Source of the DNA: Candidatus Magasanikbacteria bacterium RIFOXYD1_FULL_40_23
GTDB lineage: Bacteria; Patescibacteriota; Patescibacteriia; Magasanikbacterales; GWA2-37-8
Reading direction: 5' to 3'
Length of the DNA stretch: 64,000 nt
Assembly: GCA_001783215.1 (NCBI GenBank)
Contig: MFRA01000001.1
Span: 62,161 to 126,160 of the forward strand
This document shows, piece by piece, positions 9,153 to 18,060 of this stretch; position 1 is the stretch's first letter; every line of letters begins with the position of its first letter. The notes under the pieces were generated by a model, which saw only the letters and a list, made by a program, of their open reading frames with translations, was not told where the DNA came from and ran no database searches. A program made the translations under genes and the position numbers.

Positions 9153-10226
9153 ATGCCAAAAACAAAAATAAAACAAAAAATTCTTATTGCTATGAGTGGC
9201 GGGGTAGATTCTTCTGTAGCCGCAGCTCTTTTGGTTGCCAAAGGATACAATGTCACTGGCGCATTTATGGTTAATTATGACGAAGCCAAAGGCACAGAGC
9301 GTTGTTGGACAGGGGATTATCAAGACGCTTTGCGAGTGGCTGCCAAAGTAGGCATTCCGCTTCTGCGTTGGGATTTTGTAAAAGATTATAAAAAAACAGT
9401 TTTGGATTATATGTATAGCGAATACAAGCTTGGGCGAACTCCAAACCCAGATGTTTTGTGCAATAAATTTATAAAATTTGGCGCTTGGCTCGCAAAAGCC
9501 AAAGAACTTGGTTTTGATAAAATTGCTACTGGTCATTATACTGGTGTGCGACAAGATAAGAAAACAAAAATGTTTGAGTTGGTGCAAGCCAAAGACAAAA
9601 ACAAAGATCAAACATATTTTTTGCATCAATTAAATCAAGAGCAGTTAGCGCACACATTATTTCCAATTGGTAATTACACCAAACCGCAAATTAGAAAATT
9701 GGCCAAAAAATTTGGTTTGCCAAATGCGGAAAAAGAAGAAAGCATGGGTATCTGTTTTGTTGGTGAGGTGCCGATGAAAGATTTTTTGATGAAAGAAATT
9801 AAATCTAAAAAAGGGAAAATAATTTTAAGCACCGGAGAAGTTATAGGCGAACACGACGGTTTGCCGTTTTATACTATTGGCCAAAGAAACTTGGGAGTAA
9901 AAACAGATTCTAACAAGCCGTTGTATGTTGTAGATAAAAGAGGTGAGAGTAATGAGTTGGTGGTTGGATACGAAAATGATAAGTTGTTATATAAAAAAGA
10001 AGCAGAAGTTGTAGATGTGAGCTGGGTTAATGAGAAAAAAATTAAATTACCTTTAAATTGTGAAGTTCGTTTGCGCCATCGTCAGCCGTTACAGAAAGTA
10101 AAAGTAGAAATGAAAGGTGGTAAAGTAATTTTAAAGTTTTTCAAATCTCAACGAGCCGTAACCCCGGGTCAGTTTGCTGTATTTTATAAAAAAGATTTGT
10201 GTTTGGGTGGGGGAGTGATTGTTTAA
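9153..10226 (+). CDS. mnmA: tRNA-specific 2-thiouridylase MnmA
   Basis: SGGVDS PP-loop, TPNPDVLCN, ATGHY, KDQTYFL, TPGQ. Confidence 0.97.
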   Translation: MPKTKIKQKILIAMSGGVDSSVAAALLVAKGYNVTGAFMVNYDEAKGTERCWTGDYQDALRVAAKVGIPLLRWDFVKDYKKTVLDYMYSEYKLGRTPNPDVLCNKFIKFGAWLAKAKELGFDKIATGHYTGVRQDKKTKMFELVQAKDKNKDQTYFLHQLNQEQLAHTLFPIGNYTKPQIRKLAKKFGLPNAEKEESMGICFVGEVPMKDFLMKEIKSKKGKIILSTGEVIGEHDGLPFYTIGQRNLGVKTDSNKPLYVVDKRGESNELVVGYENDKLLYKKEAEVVDVSWVNEKKIKLPLNCEVRLRHRQPLQKVKVEMKGGKVILKFFKSQRAVTPGQFAVFYKKDLCLGGGVIV

Positions 10227-10324
10227 AAAAAAGTGACCTACCAGTCTGCTCTACGCGTCTGCCGCTTCCCCAAAATTAGGTAGGCGGTGACATGCGGGAT
10301 TGCGCAGGACAAACTGATAAGTCA
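10226..10324 (-). ncRNA. Candidate ~95-nt rod-shaped small RNA
   Basis: Own - strand promoter (10330-10358); 16-bp terminal stem with G.U wobbles on the - strand; ends in a U run. Confidence 0.55.
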
Positions 10325-10329
10325 TTTTT

Positions 10330-10358
10330 AGACTATGCTTATTTTTGTGTTTTGTCAA
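10330..10358 (-). promoter_or_regulatory. Sigma70-type promoter (minus strand)
   Basis: TTGACA-17 bp-TAGTCT on the - strand. Confidence 0.65.
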
Positions 10359-10388
10359 TGCTATTAATAGGAGGGGATTTTTTTGAAT

Positions 10389-10911
10389 AAAAAAAGGCCT
10401 CTGTCGACGCACTACTTTACCAGCCCTACGTTCGGCGGAGTGCACAAAGACGTTGTCGTCTGTGCTACCGTCCTGTGGAGATTGTTTCAGCTCCGTGAAC
10501 GTAATCGTTGGGGTGGGGTTGTAGATGCGCCTAAGAGGCCAAAGTCTATGGGTGTGCGTGTAGGATTGCGCTTTGCCTAAGCTAGGCGCTTTGGGATAAC
10601 TATTCCCAGTCCGGTTTGCTTGCTAGCTTTGCAGCTAGGGCGAAAACGGGCCCCGTCTACGCAGTTTTTTCTCCTGTTTGTTGTTTCGAGGTGGTTGATA
10701 GTGGTCGTTTCCTTCTACGTTGCAGGTCTCCTTAGAAGGAGTAGGGAGCCTGCCAACTCCAGTGTGCTGTGCGCGAGATGAGGACGGAGTTGTTGTCCTC
10801 GTTTTGAACCAGTTAACGTTCGTAAGTTTGGGTTACCGTGTTGTCTACCTAAGTGGCATGGCCAAAGGGATCTACCCCAGGTCCCGCTGGGGAACACGGT
10901 TCGCGACAGCA
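10389..10911 (-). ncRNA. Candidate ~520-nt multi-domain structured ncRNA
   Basis: Promoter at 10917-10945; three closed multi-stem domains plus a possible pseudoknot; ends ggcctct...agaggcc followed by U7; GC-rich, no credible ORF. Confidence 0.6.
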
Positions 10912-10916
10912 AAAAG

Positions 10917-10960
10917 AAAATACCACATCCCTTGAATTTTGTCAAGGGGGGTGGTATGAT
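10917..10960. promoter_or_regulatory. Overlapping divergent promoters (ncRNA candidate on -, alaS on +)
   Basis: Minus: TTGACA-17-TATTTT (10945-10917). Plus: TTGAAT-17-TATGAT (10932-10960). Near-palindromic. Confidence 0.7.
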
Positions 10961-10976
10961 TTATTCGAAAACTATT

Positions 10977-12887
10977 ATGCTAACCACAAAACAAATCCGT
11001 CAAAAATATCTAGACTTTTTTCAATCAAAAGGCCATGCAGTTATGGCTTCTGCTTTGCTTATTCCAGACAATGACCCAACTACGCTTTTTACTGGCTCCG
11101 GCATGCAGCCAATGGTGCCGTATTTATTGGGTCAAAAGCATCCGCTTGGAACTCGTATTGCCGATTCTCAAAAATGTTTTCGTAGCCAAGACATAGACGA
11201 AGTAGGTGACAATCGCCATACTGTATTTTTTGAAATGCTTGGCAATTGGTCTTTGGGTGATTATTTCAAAAACGAACAAATCCCGTGGATGTGGGAATTT
11301 ATTACCAAAGAATTAAATTTGGATCCAAAGAAATTATATTTTACTTGTTTTAAAGGTAATGAAAGTTTGGGAATTCCAAAAGACGAAGAATCGGCTGGCC
11401 TTTGGCAAAAACAATTTGCAAGTATTGGTATAGATGCCAAAGTGGGCGAGAATCCAGAAGTAAATGGTATGGGCGAAGGCGAGCGTATTTTTTATTACGA
11501 TGAAAAGAAAAACTGGTGGAGCCGAAGCGGTGTGCCGGGCAATATGCCAGAGGGTGAACCAGGCGGACCAGACACAGAAATGTTTTGGGATTTTGGCGTA
11601 GAGCTTGGCCAACACGCCAAATCCAAATATTCTTCACAGCCTTGCCATGTAAATTGTGACTGCGGTCGGTTTATGGAAATCGGCAACAATGTATTTATGC
11701 AGTATAAAAAAACTGCTGCTGGTTTTGAATTATTATCACAAAAAAATGTAGACTTCGGCGGTGGATTAGAACGTATGGCCGCTGCCGTAAACAACGACAT
11801 GGATATTTTTAAAATAGATCTATTTGATGGCATGCGACAGAAATTAGAAGATTTGTCTGGTAAACAATATGGTGCTTTTGAAAAAGAAACCTACGCATTT
11901 CGTGTGGTCATGGATCATTTACGTGCAGCTACATTTTTGGTAGGCGACGGTGTTTTTCCTTCCAACAAAGATCAGGGTTATTATGTTCGCCGTCTTATCC
12001 GTCGTTCAGTTCGTTTTGCAGAATGGCTTGGTATTACCGAAAATTTTACTACAAAAATTGTTGAATCTGTTATTCTTCAGTATGAAGATGCCTATCCAAA
12101 TTTAGTGGAGAAAAAAGACTCCATTTTAGATGGTGTTAGTAAGGAAGAAGAGAAGTTTCGTCGTACTTTATCGCAGGGCTTAAAAATTTTTAGAGAAAAA
12201 ACCGCAACTTTATCTGAAGGTCAAACAATTTCAACTGAAGATGCTTTTGATTTATATCAATCCTATGGATTTCCTATTGAGCTAACCGAGGATTTAGCAA
12301 GAGAAAATGGTCTTATTTTAGATCGGTTAGCTTTTGATGCTAAACGTAAAGAACACCAAGAATTATCTCGTGCCGGCGGAGAACAAAAGTTCCACGGCGG
12401 TTTGGCAGATCATTCCGAAATTTCTACCAGGTATCATACTGCCACTCACTTGCTTCATGCGGTGTTGCTCAAAATTTTGGGCCCACACGCTCTTCAACGT
12501 GGAAGTAATATTACCCAAGAACGCATGCGTTTTGATTTTCCTCATCCACAAAAAATGACTCCAGAAGAAATTAAACTAGCCGAAGATTTGGTAAACGCTG
12601 CTATTGCCAAAGATTATCCAGTAAGTTGGGCTGAAATGTCTTTTGAAGAAGCTAAGGCCAAAGGTGCCATTGGTTTATTTGAAGATAGATATCAGCCAAT
12701 TGTAAAAGTATATACAATGGGAGATATAAACGAAAAAGCTGTAGCAGACCCAAGCTCACCAACCTTTAGTAGAGAAGTCTGTGGTGGTCCGCATGTAGAA
12801 CACACCGGTTTGGTAGGTAAATTTAAAATTGTAAAAGAAGAGGCGGTTAGCGCGGGGATGAGAAGAATAAAAGCAATTATAGAATAA
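10977..12887 (+). CDS. alaS: Alanine--tRNA ligase (short form without the C-Ala domain)
   Basis: FFEMLGNWSLGDYFK, VDFGGGLER, HTATH editing motif, EVCGGPHV; ATG 10977 chosen because the upstream TTG lies in the promoter. Confidence 0.96.
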   Translation: MLTTKQIRQKYLDFFQSKGHAVMASALLIPDNDPTTLFTGSGMQPMVPYLLGQKHPLGTRIADSQKCFRSQDIDEVGDNRHTVFFEMLGNWSLGDYFKNEQIPWMWEFITKELNLDPKKLYFTCFKGNESLGIPKDEESAGLWQKQFASIGIDAKVGENPEVNGMGEGERIFYYDEKKNWWSRSGVPGNMPEGEPGGPDTEMFWDFGVELGQHAKSKYSSQPCHVNCDCGRFMEIGNNVFMQYKKTAAGFELLSQKNVDFGGGLERMAAAVNNDMDIFKIDLFDGMRQKLEDLSGKQYGAFEKETYAFRVVMDHLRAATFLVGDGVFPSNKDQGYYVRRLIRRSVRFAEWLGITENFTTKIVESVILQYEDAYPNLVEKKDSILDGVSKEEEKFRRTLSQGLKIFREKTATLSEGQTISTEDAFDLYQSYGFPIELTEDLARENGLILDRLAFDAKRKEHQELSRAGGEQKFHGGLADHSEISTRYHTATHLLHAVLLKILGPHALQRGSNITQERMRFDFPHPQKMTPEEIKLAEDLVNAAIAKDYPVSWAEMSFEEAKAKGAIGLFEDRYQPIVKVYTMGDINEKAVADPSSPTFSREVCGGPHVEHTGLVGKFKIVKEEAVSAGMRRIKAIIE

Positions 12888-12892
12888 GTTTT

Positions 12893-13546
12893 ATGTCAGA
12901 AGTCCCTTTTAAACACGAGCTAGAAGAAAGCGAATATAGACCAAGCACTACAGATGCCCTCAAGTCTTTTAAAGACCGTCCGGACAAGGTGGTCAGAGTA
13001 TATGATGGCGGCAGGACAGATTATAAGGAACATATTGCGGAGCTAAATGAAAGCAAAAAACATTTTAAAGAAATGGAAGAAGAATACGGTATCCGAGTGG
13101 TGAATATGGATTTTGTAATTGGCAAAGACGAAAACGATAGAGTTGTTACATATACAGTCGTAGATAATATAATCGGTAAAAATTTAGATAAAATTTATGA
13201 ATTCCCGACTGCTTTAAAGCAAAAAGTAGAGAACCTTTTTTATTCTTTAGCAAAATATTATAATGACAAGTTTGATGCTAAGACCAAATTTTGGTCAGAT
13301 TTCAGAAACGATCAATTTGTTTATGGTCACAAAATTAATGAAACAGAAGATAGCTTTTATCTGGTAGATGTAGATCCGGCAATTTCTAACGTAAAAGGCA
13401 GTGAATTTTTTTTTGCAGAAATTATCGATTGTTTGTGGCATTATTTGCTAAAGGTTGAAAAAAGATTTAAACCGCCGGTAGAATTTTCTAAAACTAGACA
13501 AATGATTGCTGAAATCAAAGATAAAATTTCTAAGGAATCAAAATAA
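12893..13546 (+). CDS. Hypothetical acidic protein (possible degenerate kinase-like fold)
   Basis: 217-aa ORF; DFRNDQF and YLVDVD loosely resemble kinase catalytic motifs. Confidence 0.45.
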   Translation: MSEVPFKHELEESEYRPSTTDALKSFKDRPDKVVRVYDGGRTDYKEHIAELNESKKHFKEMEEEYGIRVVNMDFVIGKDENDRVVTYTVVDNIIGKNLDKIYEFPTALKQKVENLFYSLAKYYNDKFDAKTKFWSDFRNDQFVYGHKINETEDSFYLVDVDPAISNVKGSEFFFAEIIDCLWHYLLKVEKRFKPPVEFSKTRQMIAEIKDKISKESK

Positions 13547-13550
13547 ATAT

Positions 13551-13997
13551 ATGGTCAAAAAAATAGCAATGCATCTTTGGTTAGCCCGTCATCAGTTTAT
13601 ACGCTATTTTTTTGTTGGCTTTAGCGGTCTATTTTTGGATATGGGTACGCTGTATGTGCTTACAGACCTTTTGCATATCAGGCCAGTGTTGGCAGTAGGC
13701 ATAAATGGTCTAGTTATGCTTAACTATATATTTTTCTTAAATAAATACTGGACATTTAAATCAAACGGCGTTACTCATAAGCAAATGATTAAATACTTTG
13801 TTTTGTCTGGATTTAATTACGTGGTTGCGATTATTTGGATGTATTTTTTCAATGAAAAACTGGGTATAAATCACTTGTTAGCTAGAGTCTCCAATATCAT
13901 CGTTTCGGTAGCTTGGAACTTCTTATTATACAAGTTTTGGGTCTATAAACACCAAGATTCAGGAGAAGTTTTGGAAATCCCAGTAAAAAACGGCTAA
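13551..13997 (+). CDS. GtrA family membrane protein
   Basis: QFIRYFFVG, NKYWTF, WNFLLYKFWVY; four TM segments. Confidence 0.88.
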   Translation: MVKKIAMHLWLARHQFIRYFFVGFSGLFLDMGTLYVLTDLLHIRPVLAVGINGLVMLNYIFFLNKYWTFKSNGVTHKQMIKYFVLSGFNYVVAIIWMYFFNEKLGINHLLARVSNIIVSVAWNFLLYKFWVYKHQDSGEVLEIPVKNG

Positions 13998-14024
13998 AAT
14001 GTGTATAACAGTCGTTTTTTGCTC

Positions 14025-14053
14025 TTGACTTAGTTTAAATTTTAGGCTAAGAT
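14025..14053 (+). promoter_or_regulatory. Promoter upstream of infA
   Basis: TTGACT-17 bp-TAAGAT. Confidence 0.6.
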
Positions 14054-14078
14054 ATAACAGTTATTAATTTCAAAAACA

Positions 14079-14294
14079 ATGGCTAAAACAGACCTAATAG
14101 AGTTAAAAGGCAGGATAGAAGAGCTTTTGCCGGCCACAACTTTTAAAGTAAAGTTGGAAAGCGGCCAAATTGTGCTCGGTCATTTGTCAGGTAAATTAAG
14201 AATGAACAAGATCAGATTGAGCCTTGGGGATAGTGTAAGGGTAGAAATGACCCCATACGACTTGACAAAAGGACGAATAACGTATAGATTCTAG
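14079..14294 (+). CDS. infA: Translation initiation factor IF-1
   Basis: [33 protein letters not shown]. Confidence 0.97.
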   Translation: MAKTDLIELKGRIEELLPATTFKVKLESGQIVLGHLSGKLRMNKIRLSLGDSVRVEMTPYDLTKGRITYRF

Positions 14295-14339
14295 GCAGGA
14301 TAACAATTAAATTTCATCTAGGCCAGTAAAGCCGAAGAG

Positions 14340-14420
14340 TATAGGGGCTAAAGCCCATATATTCATCTCGGCCTCACAAATAAGAATAAATTCTTATTTG
14401 GTTCGGCCTTCAATGAATAT
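14340..14420 (+). repeat. GGGCTAAAGCCC-family palindromic element (variant copy)
   Basis: tataggggctaaagcccatata followed by a second hairpin. Confidence 0.65.
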
Positions 14421-14563
14421 CAACCATTGCGGTGTAGCTGGATAGTAGTTATACAACGTCTAAATGTCCGTATAACTTAACCATCTGGTGCTGATATCGC
14501 GGCAGTGGTTGGTATTTTTTGAAACTAAAAATCAGATTAATAAAAATTCATTAGTACAAATCT

Positions 14564-14677
14564 ATGAAAGTTCGAGTATCCGTAAAGAAAATGTGTATCA
14601 AATGTAAGACAGTGCGCCGTAAAGCACGCGTTTGTGTTATCTGCGAAAATCCAAAGCACAAACAAAGACAAGGTTAA
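14564..14677 (+). CDS. rpmJ: 50S ribosomal protein L36 (Zn-ribbon type; missing from the ORF track)
   Basis: Translates as [37 protein letters not shown]. Confidence 0.97.
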   Translation: MKVRVSVKKMCIKCKTVRRKARVCVICENPKHKQRQG

Positions 14678-14715
14678 TTATATTATTTTAAATAACAAAT
14701 CTTAAATTCCAAAGT

Positions 14716-15102
14716 ATGAGAGTAGCCGGCATAAGCATTCCTAAAGAAAAAAGAATCGTAGTCGCCCTAAACTATATTTATGGCGTTGGCCCAACATTAT
14801 CCAAAAAGATTTTGGCCAAAGCAAAAATTGACGAAAATACTCGCACCAAGAATCTTACTCCAGAGCAAGAAGATGCTTTGCGTTTGATAATTGAAAAAGA
14901 ATATAAAACAGAAGGTGACTTACGTCGTGAAGTGCAGGCTAATATCAAACGCTTAAAAGATATCAAAGCTTACAGAGGTATTCGCCACATGAAGCACTTG
15001 CCAGTAAGAGGTCAACGCACCAAAACCAACTCCCGCACTGTTCGCGGCAATGTTCGCAAGACTATGGGAAGTGGTCGTAAGCCAGAAGGTTTGAAGACCT
15101 AA
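14716..15102 (+). CDS. rpsM: 30S ribosomal protein S13
   Basis: YRGIRH..LPVRGQRTKTNSRT. Confidence 0.98.
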   Translation: MRVAGISIPKEKRIVVALNYIYGVGPTLSKKILAKAKIDENTRTKNLTPEQEDALRLIIEKEYKTEGDLRREVQANIKRLKDIKAYRGIRHMKHLPVRGQRTKTNSRTVRGNVRKTMGSGRKPEGLKT

Positions 15103-15197
15103 AGCTTGCTAGTTTTTAATTTACAGCGTCGGGTTTCAAAGGACGTTACCCGACATGATTTCGCTAAATCAACAAATCAGATAATAATATTCAAAAT

Positions 15198-15647
15198 ATG
15201 TCAGACGCTCAAACACAAGTAAACCCAACTGCCACCGAAGCTGTTTCAGCCGGTAAAGCTCCAGTTGTTAAAAAAGGCAAGAAAAAGAAGGTTGTAAAAC
15301 AGATTTCCAACGGAAATGCTTTTATTCAAGCTTCATACAACAACACTATTGTTAGTATCACCGATGCAAACGGCGATGTTTTAAGCTGGTCTTCTTCTGG
15401 TAAAGTAGGTTTTAAAGGACCAAAGAAAGCTACTCCTTATGCTGCCGGTATGGTAGTAAAAGATGCGGTAGATAAAATTGCTGCTTACGGACTAAAAGAT
15501 ATCCATGTATTTGTAAAAGGCATTGGTGGTGGCCGAGAAGGCGCTATCCGTGGTTTACACCTAAATGGTCTTAATGTTTTATCCATCAGCGACGTCACCC
15601 CGATTCCACACAATGGTTGCCGCGCTCCGGGAAGACGCAGAGTTTAA
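15198..15647 (+). CDS. rpsK: 30S ribosomal protein S11
   Basis: [27 protein letters not shown]. Confidence 0.98.
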   Translation: MSDAQTQVNPTATEAVSAGKAPVVKKGKKKKVVKQISNGNAFIQASYNNTIVSITDANGDVLSWSSSGKVGFKGPKKATPYAAGMVVKDAVDKIAAYGLKDIHVFVKGIGGGREGAIRGLHLNGLNVLSISDVTPIPHNGCRAPGRRRV

Positions 15648-15746
15648 TATAAGCAAAGCTTGAAATTTCGTCGGGCTTCGCAAAAATAAAATAAATTTTC
15701 TTTTTAACTCACCCCTAGAAATTATAAATTACTATAAAAACCAAGT

Positions 15747-16355
15747 ATGGCAAGAGATCTAAAACCAAAACACAAATTTTGCAGAAAATACGGACAGAAG
15801 CTTTGTGATTCTCCAAAATGTCCAGTTACCAAGCGCAGTTATGCCGCTGGTGTTCATGGTCCAAGTAAGAAACACACCAAGCAATCTGTTTATGGTAAAC
15901 AATTATTTGAAAAACAAAAAGCCAAACAATTGTATGGTTTGTTAGAAAAACAGTTTTCAAACTACGTAGCTGAAGCTTCAAACAAAACCGGTGACACTTC
16001 CAAATTTTTGGTTAACTATTTAGAATCTAGACTAGACAATGTTATTTACCGTGCCGGACTTGCATCTTCCAGACGTGCCGGCAGACAATTGGTAAGTCAC
16101 GGTCATATTCTTGTAAATGGAAAGAAATTAGATATTCCTTCTTACCGCGTACGTGTAGGAGAAGAGATTTCTTTGTCCGACAAGAGTAAAGCAAGTGCGC
16201 TTTTTGAAAAGATTTCCGAAAAATTAAGTAAGGTAGAAGCGCCAGGTTGGTTAGGTCTTGATCCAAAAAAAGTTTCTGCCAAAGTGCTTAATGCTCCAAC
16301 TGTGGATGATCCAGGTTACGATGCAAAGTCTATCATTGAGTTTTACTCACGCTAA
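15747..16355 (+). CDS. rpsD: 30S ribosomal protein S4
   Basis: LESRLDNVIYRAG, QLVSHGHILVNG, IIEFYSR. Confidence 0.98.
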   Translation: MARDLKPKHKFCRKYGQKLCDSPKCPVTKRSYAAGVHGPSKKHTKQSVYGKQLFEKQKAKQLYGLLEKQFSNYVAEASNKTGDTSKFLVNYLESRLDNVIYRAGLASSRRAGRQLVSHGHILVNGKKLDIPSYRVRVGEEISLSDKSKASALFEKISEKLSKVEAPGWLGLDPKKVSAKVLNAPTVDDPGYDAKSIIEFYSR

Positions 16356-16435
16356 TAAATAACGGTCGCCTTTGCTACGGCTTCGGCGCACCAAAGGAGG
16401 GGACATTCCCCACATAAACTAAATAAGTTAAAACT

Positions 16436-17233
16436 ATGGAAAATCTATTACTACCATCAAAAGTAGAGTTCGTGCCAGGCGACAGTCCAAACAAAGGGTC
16501 TCTAGTTGTATCTCCTTGTTTTTATGGTTATGGCACCACTTTAGGTAATACACTAAGACGTGTTTTGTTATCTTCTTTGCCAGGAGCTGCTGTAGAGGCG
16601 CTCAAAATCAAAGGCGTTCAACACGAATTTAGTTCTGCCGATGGATTAAAGGAAGATGTTATTGATATTATTTTAAACTTAAAACAATTGGCTGTAAGAG
16701 TATTTACCGAAGAGCCAGTTACTTTGCATATTAGTAAAAAAGGCCCTGGTCTAGTTACTGGTGCCGACATTGAAGCAAATTCCAATGCCGAAGTTATGAA
16801 CCCAGAATTGGTTTTGGCTACACTTACTTCCAGCAAACCTTTTGAAATGGATTTGATTGTTGGTCGTGGTCGTGGTTTCCGCCCTGTAGAAGAAAAAGAC
16901 AAAAAACATTATGATTTGGGAACTATCGTAATTGATTCTATTTATACTCCAATCAAAGATGTTGGCTACAATGTTGAATATACTCGCGTGGGTGATATTA
17001 CTAACTACGAAAAGCTAACTTTGAATATCGAAACCAACGGTACAATTTCTCCTGGTGAAGCCGTAAAGCAAACCGTTCAAATTATTATGGATCACTTCTC
17101 AGTTATTTCTGGCGCTGCCAATGAAATGGTTTTGGATATGCCAATGCCTGTTGTAGCAAAAGCAGAAGAGAGTGAAGAAGAAGACGAAGAAAAGAAAGTT
17201 AAGAAAGCAAAAAAAGTTTCTAAGAAAAAGTAA
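16436..17233 (+). CDS. rpoA: RNA polymerase alpha subunit (no alpha-CTD)
   Basis: GYGTTLGNTLRRVLLSSLPG, HEFS, IDSIYTPI; ends in an acidic/lysine tail. Confidence 0.96.
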   Translation: MENLLLPSKVEFVPGDSPNKGSLVVSPCFYGYGTTLGNTLRRVLLSSLPGAAVEALKIKGVQHEFSSADGLKEDVIDIILNLKQLAVRVFTEEPVTLHISKKGPGLVTGADIEANSNAEVMNPELVLATLTSSKPFEMDLIVGRGRGFRPVEEKDKKHYDLGTIVIDSIYTPIKDVGYNVEYTRVGDITNYEKLTLNIETNGTISPGEAVKQTVQIIMDHFSVISGAANEMVLDMPMPVVAKAEESEEEDEEKKVKKAKKVSKKK

Positions 17234-17252
17234 TTTAAATCAGAAAGGGCTA

Positions 17253-17335
17253 TTATATGGGCTAAAGCCCATATATACTCATTCACTCGGAAATAAACTA
17301 GCAAGCTATTTATTTCCTCATTCAATTCGTATATG
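17253..17335 (+). repeat. GGGCTAAAGCCC-family element ending at the rplQ ATG
   Basis: Near-identical to 47479-47563 and 56441-56527. Confidence 0.85.
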
Positions 17336-17683
17336 AGACATAAGAGCAAAAAAGTTACCCTAGATAGAAAAACAGCTGCGCGCCGATCTCTAATGGCCAA
17401 TATGGCAGAGAGCTTGGTTTTGTATGAAAAGATAAAAACTACCAAGGCCAAAGCCAAGGCTGTTCGTTCTTATGTAGAACGACTTATAACCAAAGCCAAA
17501 GGCCAAGACCTTACTGCTCGCAGAGAGCTAATGAAAGTTTTGTATACCGAAAATGCTATCAAGAAATTGTTGGAAGTGCTTGCTCCAAAATACAAAGATA
17601 GAAAAGGCGGCTATACCAGAATAGTTCTGTTCAAAAACAGAAAAGGTGACGGAGCCGAAGAGGTAATTCTAGAATTAGTTTAA
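17333..17683 (+). CDS. rplQ: 50S ribosomal protein L17
   Basis: MRH.., IKTTKAKAK, RKGGYTRI, RKGDGA. Confidence 0.97.
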   Translation: MRHKSKKVTLDRKTAARRSLMANMAESLVLYEKIKTTKAKAKAVRSYVERLITKAKGQDLTARRELMKVLYTENAIKKLLEVLAPKYKDRKGGYTRIVLFKNRKGDGAEEVILELV

Positions 17684-17696
17684 TTATCCACATTAT

Positions 17697-18044
17697 ATGA
17701 AAAGAGAAAAGTTTACCATCGACGCTTCTGGCCAAATAGTTGGCCGACTAGCTACCAAAATAGCCATGATTTTGATGGGAAAAAATAAACCAGATTTTCA
17801 ACCACATATTGATTCCGGAGATAAAGTAGAAATTTTAAATGTGGGTGAACTTCGTTTTACCGGCAAAAAAATGGATGCCAAAGGATTTAGACACCACAGT
17901 AACTACCCAGGTGGTTTAAAGACTGTTATGGTGAAAGATTTGATGAGAGATAATCCAAAAGAAGTTATTTTGCACGCTGTTTCTAGAATGTTGCCAAAAA
18001 ACAAAACAAGAACTACCAGATTAAAACGCGTATCTTTCAAATAA
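17697..18044 (+). CDS. rplM: 50S ribosomal protein L13
   Basis: IDASGQIVGRLA, GKNKP.F.PH.DSGD, HSNYPGG, RMLPKN. Confidence 0.97.
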   Translation: MKREKFTIDASGQIVGRLATKIAMILMGKNKPDFQPHIDSGDKVEILNVGELRFTGKKMDAKGFRHHSNYPGGLKTVMVKDLMRDNPKEVILHAVSRMLPKNKTRTTRLKRVSFK

Positions 18045-18060
18045 ATAATAGAACTGATGT

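Noticed and set aside
10226-10324. SRP (4.5S) RNA
   Set aside because: ggaagcggc is reminiscent, but the CAGG/AGCA symmetric loop and GNRA tetraloop are missing
10389-10911. tmRNA or RNase P RNA
   Set aside because: No GGGG 5' end, T-arm or CCA acceptor; no GAGGAAAGUCC or ACAGAA..GGCUUA P4 motifs
10389-10976. T-box leader for alaS (gggtggta at about 10949 resembles the T-box)
   Set aside because: No CCGCG continuation or terminator, only about 20 nt from the ATG, and it is explained as the TG/-10 promoter element; stem wobbles and the U run point to the - strand
10977-12887. alaS as a truncated pseudogene
   Set aside because: Catalytic and editing domains are intact; loss of the C-Ala domain is seen in reduced genomes
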